From contig CAZRNP010000016.1 in assembly GCA_964601485.1 (NCBI GenBank), forward strand, positions 1 through 18,261: a stretch of 18,261 nucleotides of DNA. The letters are read 5' to 3'. Under the pieces are notes generated by a model. It was not told the DNA's origin. It worked only from the letters and a program-made list of their open reading frames with translations, and did no database searches. The DNA comes from an uncultured archaeon (lineage in GTDB: Archaea > Aenigmatarchaeota > Aenigmatarchaeia > CG10238-14). Position 1 is the stretch's first letter. Every line of letters begins with the position of its first letter. Made by a program: the position numbers and the translations under genes. Below, piece by piece: positions 15,212 through 18,261 of the stretch.

Positions 15212-16903
15212 ATGAAAAGGATAATTTTGATTTTAATTTATTTTCAGATTATGATACTTCTGATATTACCACAATTTGTAGTTGCTAATTCGAACCTCAC
15301 TATAGCAATAGATTGGCTTAAAAAAAATCAGAGAGAAGATGGTTCCTATGGTTCTTGGACTGAACATTGGACTTCACCAGCAATGATAGCGCTCTATAAG
15401 AGCGAAGGTAATTCGTCTAATGTAACAACAGGTTTAAACTGGTTGAAGACCCAACTAGAAGATTCCTCTTCATGGTTCTGGGAAACATGGGGCGAAGCAG
15501 ATGTTCCTAGTATATCACTCTATGCTTTCACTCAAACAGACCATTTATCTGACATCGATCTATCCAATATCTCATCGAACATTCTCTCTTTTCAACAGAT
15601 GAGTGGCGGTTTCAAGGGATATTATGATCCAAATCTAGGCAGCCAAGTGGAAAGTAGTGTTGATACTACAATAGCAGTGTTGGGTTTAATAAATGCTAAT
15701 GCAATACCAGAAGAGAATAAGAATAAAGCAGTGAATTACTTGTTAAACCTGCAGAACTCAGACGGAAGTTTTAATCTAACACCCACCATACAATCTGATC
15801 CTTTATACTCTCACGCTCCTGAACCGATCAGTCTAACCGCGATGGTATTACTTACGCTGAAAGATTGTGGACTAGACACATCAAACACTTCTGTTCTGAA
15901 CGGAATGAACTATTTGAAAAATTCTGCTACCAATTGTTTTGATAATCACAGTTATGCTACTGCCTTATCATCAATAGTATTCGATCGATTCAACGAATTA
16001 AGTTATGAATTAATCGCGATAAATTGTTTAAAAAGTCTACAAAATCCAGATGGAGGGTTTTCAGATAGAATACGTACCACAAATGTTTCAAACGCTCTTG
16101 ATACTGGTTGGGCTGCTATCGCTCTACAAAAAGTTACACCGTTGATCAAAGTAGGAGTTTTAATCAGTTTTCCGAATGGAACAACATTTGCTCATTGCTT
16201 ACAATTACCGAATGGTTCAACCGCAGAAGATGCGTTAAAAGCCAGTGGTATGAAAACATTATGGGCATCTTTCAGTTTTGGTGATGCATTAACGAAGATT
16301 GAAGATGTAGGCTGTCCAACCTCAGATCCTTGGTGTCAATGTTCTAATATGAATGTTTGCTGTTTGCTCTGGAATTTTTGGATACTCAATTCAACCAATC
16401 AATGGAAATTCTCTCAAGTGGGATTTGGAGACTATAAGCTGAAAGATAAAGATGTATTTGGCAATATATGGGCGAGTGATGCAGGCAAAACACCTCCTTT
16501 ATTTTTATTCGATGAGATATGTCCTGATGGATTCACAATCAACAACAATTCCTTTGTTGGTGTTTACACTTGTGATTCAACTACGACAACCACGATTACG
16601 ACAACTTCTGTTGAAGTAACAACAACAGTCGTTGAGCATGGGGGTGGTGGTATGATCACAACTACGACAACGCAAACTACTGTTCCGATGACTACGACTA
16701 GTATTCAAACGACTACATCAACTACATTTTCACCTGCTCCAACTACAACAAGCACTGTCATTACAAACGTCACGAACAATCAGTTAAAGCCTAGTCCGTT
16801 AACAGGGTTTGTTGGTTTTATAATTTCTCCAGTTGGTATCGGTATAATTGTTGCAATAGTTGTCCTAGCATTTTTTGTTTATTTAATGTTGCCAGAGAGA
16901 TAG
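15212..16903 (+). CDS. Secreted, membrane-anchored alpha/alpha-toroid (prenyltransferase/squalene-cyclase-like repeat) protein with DUF4430-like domain and Thr-rich stalk
   Basis: Signal peptide; repeats such as AIDWLKKNQREDGSYGSW, TTIAVLGLINANAIPEENKNKAVNYLLNLQNSDGSFN, AINCLKSLQNPDGGFS; DUF4430-like VLISFPNGTTFAHCLQLPNGSTAEDALKASG...WNFWILNSTNQWKFSQVGFGDYKLKDKDVFGNIW; Thr-rich linker; C-terminal TM (FIISPVGIGIIVAIVVLAFFVYLML) and basic end. Confidence 0.82.
   Translation: MKRIILILIYFQIMILLILPQFVVANSNLTIAIDWLKKNQREDGSYGSWTEHWTSPAMIALYKSEGNSSNVTTGLNWLKTQLEDSSSWFWETWGEADVPSISLYAFTQTDHLSDIDLSNISSNILSFQQMSGGFKGYYDPNLGSQVESSVDTTIAVLGLINANAIPEENKNKAVNYLLNLQNSDGSFNLTPTIQSDPLYSHAPEPISLTAMVLLTLKDCGLDTSNTSVLNGMNYLKNSATNCFDNHSYATALSSIVFDRFNELSYELIAINCLKSLQNPDGGFSDRIRTTNVSNALDTGWAAIALQKVTPLIKVGVLISFPNGTTFAHCLQLPNGSTAEDALKASGMKTLWASFSFGDALTKIEDVGCPTSDPWCQCSNMNVCCLLWNFWILNSTNQWKFSQVGFGDYKLKDKDVFGNIWASDAGKTPPLFLFDEICPDGFTINNNSFVGVYTCDSTTTTTITTTSVEVTTTVVEHGGGGMITTTTTQTTVPMTTTSIQTTTSTTFSPAPTTTSTVITNVTNNQLKPSPLTGFVGFIISPVGIGIIVAIVVLAFFVYLMLPER
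16574..16758 (+). repeat. Low-complexity ACN-rich tract encoding the Thr-rich extracellular stalk
   Basis: Encodes DSTTTTTITTTSVEVTTTVV...TTTTTQTTVPMTTTSIQTTTSTTFSPAPTTTST. Confidence 0.75.
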
Positions 16904-17470
16904 TGCTACTTTTATTGAAGCTTCTTCTGATATTTTTTTCGTAGAACCTGAGCCTATTATTATGACATCTCCGTTCTCAACCTTGAAATGGTTACGGAGG
17001 ATTTTTTCCAATCCTGTAATTTTTCTGTTGCATCCTGGGAATATTAGTCTGTTATTATTACAAACCAAAGTTGTTGCGCCATCAGCTCCTATTTTTATAG
17101 CCTCGTCCCTCTGCTCGATGCCGAATTTAACTTTTTTTGATGAGCCTTTAACAAGAATTGCAGTGTTGTACTTTCCGATTGTGCATTCACTCGTGTCTAT
17201 TTCTATAGGTTTTGAGATTTTCATCAGGATTTTTTTCAACAGTTCATTCCCTTTTTCAGTCAGTACATGCCCTTTAGTAGAAGGCTTAATTAATTTATTC
17301 ATTTTCAGACGCTTTACAAGAGTTTTAATCGTAGCTTCCCCCATTTCCATTTCTTTCATCAGTTGAAACCTTCCCATGGGTTTTTCGGAGAGTAAAAAAA
17401 GGGTCTTAACTATATGGACAGGGGAATAAGATGCCCTGACATCGATCAAATCTTTAAACATGTTATCCAT
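16883..17470 (-). CDS. Winged-helix transcriptional regulator with C-terminal DUF4443-like ligand/sensor domain
   Basis: N-terminal wHTH (HIVKTLFLLSEKPMGRFQLMKEMEMGEATIKTLVKRLKMNKLIKPSTKGHVLTEKGNELLKKI); C-terminal domain ...IEQRDEAIKIGADGATTLVCNNNRLIFPG...NGDVIIIGSG. DUF assignment from memory. Confidence 0.72.
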   Translation of the reverse strand: MDNMFKDLIDVRASYSPVHIVKTLFLLSEKPMGRFQLMKEMEMGEATIKTLVKRLKMNKLIKPSTKGHVLTEKGNELLKKILMKISKPIEIDTSECTIGKYNTAILVKGSSKKVKFGIEQRDEAIKIGADGATTLVCNNNRLIFPGCNRKITGLEKILRNHFKVENGDVIIIGSGSTKKISEEASIKVALSLWQH

Positions 17471-17510
17471 ATGTATATTTTATAATCAAAAGATTTAAAA
17501 AATTAAAAAT

Positions 17511-17527
17511 TGGATAATTTATCCAGG
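17511..17527. promoter_or_regulatory. Candidate operator, copy 2
   Basis: TGGATAATTTATCCAGG, identical to 15191-15207; ends 8 nt before the ATG at 17536. Confidence 0.65.
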
Positions 17528-17535
17528 ATCATGCC

Positions 17536-18261
17536 ATGGAACAAGAATTAAAACAAAAAAGTCAACAGGGAACTTTACTTTTGTCTGCTCAAAGGACGAA
17601 ATATTCCTTGAAGAGAAAATTGTTATTAATGATGGGTTTAACTTCCTTAGGAATCTTAGGAAGGGCTGCATTCCAATTCATACCGAGCGTTGAACCCTTG
17701 ACGCCCTTGGCTATATTGACTGGGTTTTTACTTGGCCCGATTTCTGGTTTTATTTCTGGTGTTGTTGGTTTTTATCTATCCAATTTTCTCGTTTGGGGTT
17801 TTCAAGGGCCTTGGACTGTTTTCCAATGTTTGGGTGCAGGTCTGGCAGGTTTCATCGGTGGGTTGATAGGAAAGTTAGGGAAGAAATCGAGGACAAAATT
17901 TTTAATATCCACTTTAATAGGGATAATCGTTTATGAGATAATTGTGACTGTTTCCATGGGAATGATGTTCTCTTTACCATTGTTAGTGTTCTATACAATA
18001 ACTAGTATTCCATTCTCTATAGTTCATTTGTCGAGTAGCTTAGGTTTTTCCCTATCATTTTACGAGTTCAAAGAACAGATAAAAAAATTGAAGGGTGGTT
18101 TAGTTGAAAAAGAGATACTTGGCTTCAGGGTTGCTCATAGTAGTACTGGCAAGCCTGGTAATAAACTTGTACCTTACCTTTACTCCAGAAAAATCCACAG
18201 AAAAGATAAGGGTAGTAGCAAGGATAGATTTTGGTGCTTCAGAAAAGACAAAGACAGTTGA
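17536..18261 (+). CDS. ECF-type transporter S component (membrane protein); C-terminal ~50 aa probably not authentic
   Basis: Multiple hydrophobic helices; PSVEPLTPLAILTGFLLGPISGFISGVVGFYLSNFLVWGFQGPWTVFQCLGAGLAGFIGGLIG is the typical S-component signature seen in predicted vitamin/cobalamin-type S components. The last ~50 aa overlap another reading frame that looks real. Confidence 0.75.
   Translation: MEQELKQKSQQGTLLLSAQRTKYSLKRKLLLMMGLTSLGILGRAAFQFIPSVEPLTPLAILTGFLLGPISGFISGVVGFYLSNFLVWGFQGPWTVFQCLGAGLAGFIGGLIGKLGKKSRTKFLISTLIGIIVYEIIVTVSMGMMFSLPLLVFYTITSIPFSIVHLSSSLGFSLSFYEFKEQIKKLKGGLVEKEILGFRVAHSSTGKPGNKLVPYLYSRKIHRKDKGSSKDRFWCFRKDKDS
18104..18261 (+). CDS. Start of a second membrane-anchored, DUF4430-like protein (truncated by window edge), not in supplied ORF track
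   Basis: TTG start 5 nt after SD GGTGG (18094-18098): (M)KKRYLASGLLIVVLASLVINLYLTFTPEKSTEKIRVVARIDFGASEKTKTV..., a signal/anchor helix followed by the beta-strand opening expected of DUF4430. Confidence 0.6.
   Translation, partial: MKKRYLASGLLIVVLASLVINLYLTFTPEKSTEKIRVVARIDFGASEKTKTV

Noticed and set aside
16574-16758. ACN repeats as a possible CRISPR or tandem-repeat array
   Set aside because: Irregular, in frame, and explained by a Thr-rich cell-surface stalk; no spacers. No CRISPR array was seen anywhere in the window.

Overview
Archaeal, AT-rich, possibly DPANN-like window (archaeal-type aRF1, ValS, histone fold, intron-containing tRNA, GGTG/GGAGG-type ribosome-binding sites). Supported content, left to right: 5' part of a LAGLIDADG homing endonuclease (-); tRNA-Ile(GAT) with an apparent 16-nt non-canonical intron (-); an Ala-like tRNA(CGC) (+) whose last 20 bp are repeated ~1.8 kb downstream, bracketing a small possible integrated element or remnant; DUF2330-like secreted/membrane protein; a small Cys-rich membrane protein; metallophosphoesterase; a 596-aa orphan (-); valyl-tRNA synthetase; a tandem winged-helix protein; a 55-aa histone-fold protein missing from the ORF track (-); archaeal peptide chain release factor aRF1; a pentein/arginine-deiminase-fold protein; a small membrane protein (-); and a candidate uptake locus: secreted alpha/alpha-toroid + DUF4430-like protein with Thr-rich stalk and membrane anchor, winged-helix regulator (-), ECF-type S component, and the start of a second DUF4430-like membrane protein running off the end. 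Main points for follow-up: (1) the aRF1 has GGA-S-Q where the universal catalytic GGQ is expected, plus changes in two stop-codon-recognition motifs; (2) the last cassette resembles transcobalamin/intrinsic factor plus an ECF S component, with two identical 17-bp sites (15-bp perfect palindrome core) just upstream of both + strand genes and a half-site at the regulator's own start; (3) the tRNA 3'-end direct repeat; (4) the short histone. All calls are from reading sequence only; no database search was run.
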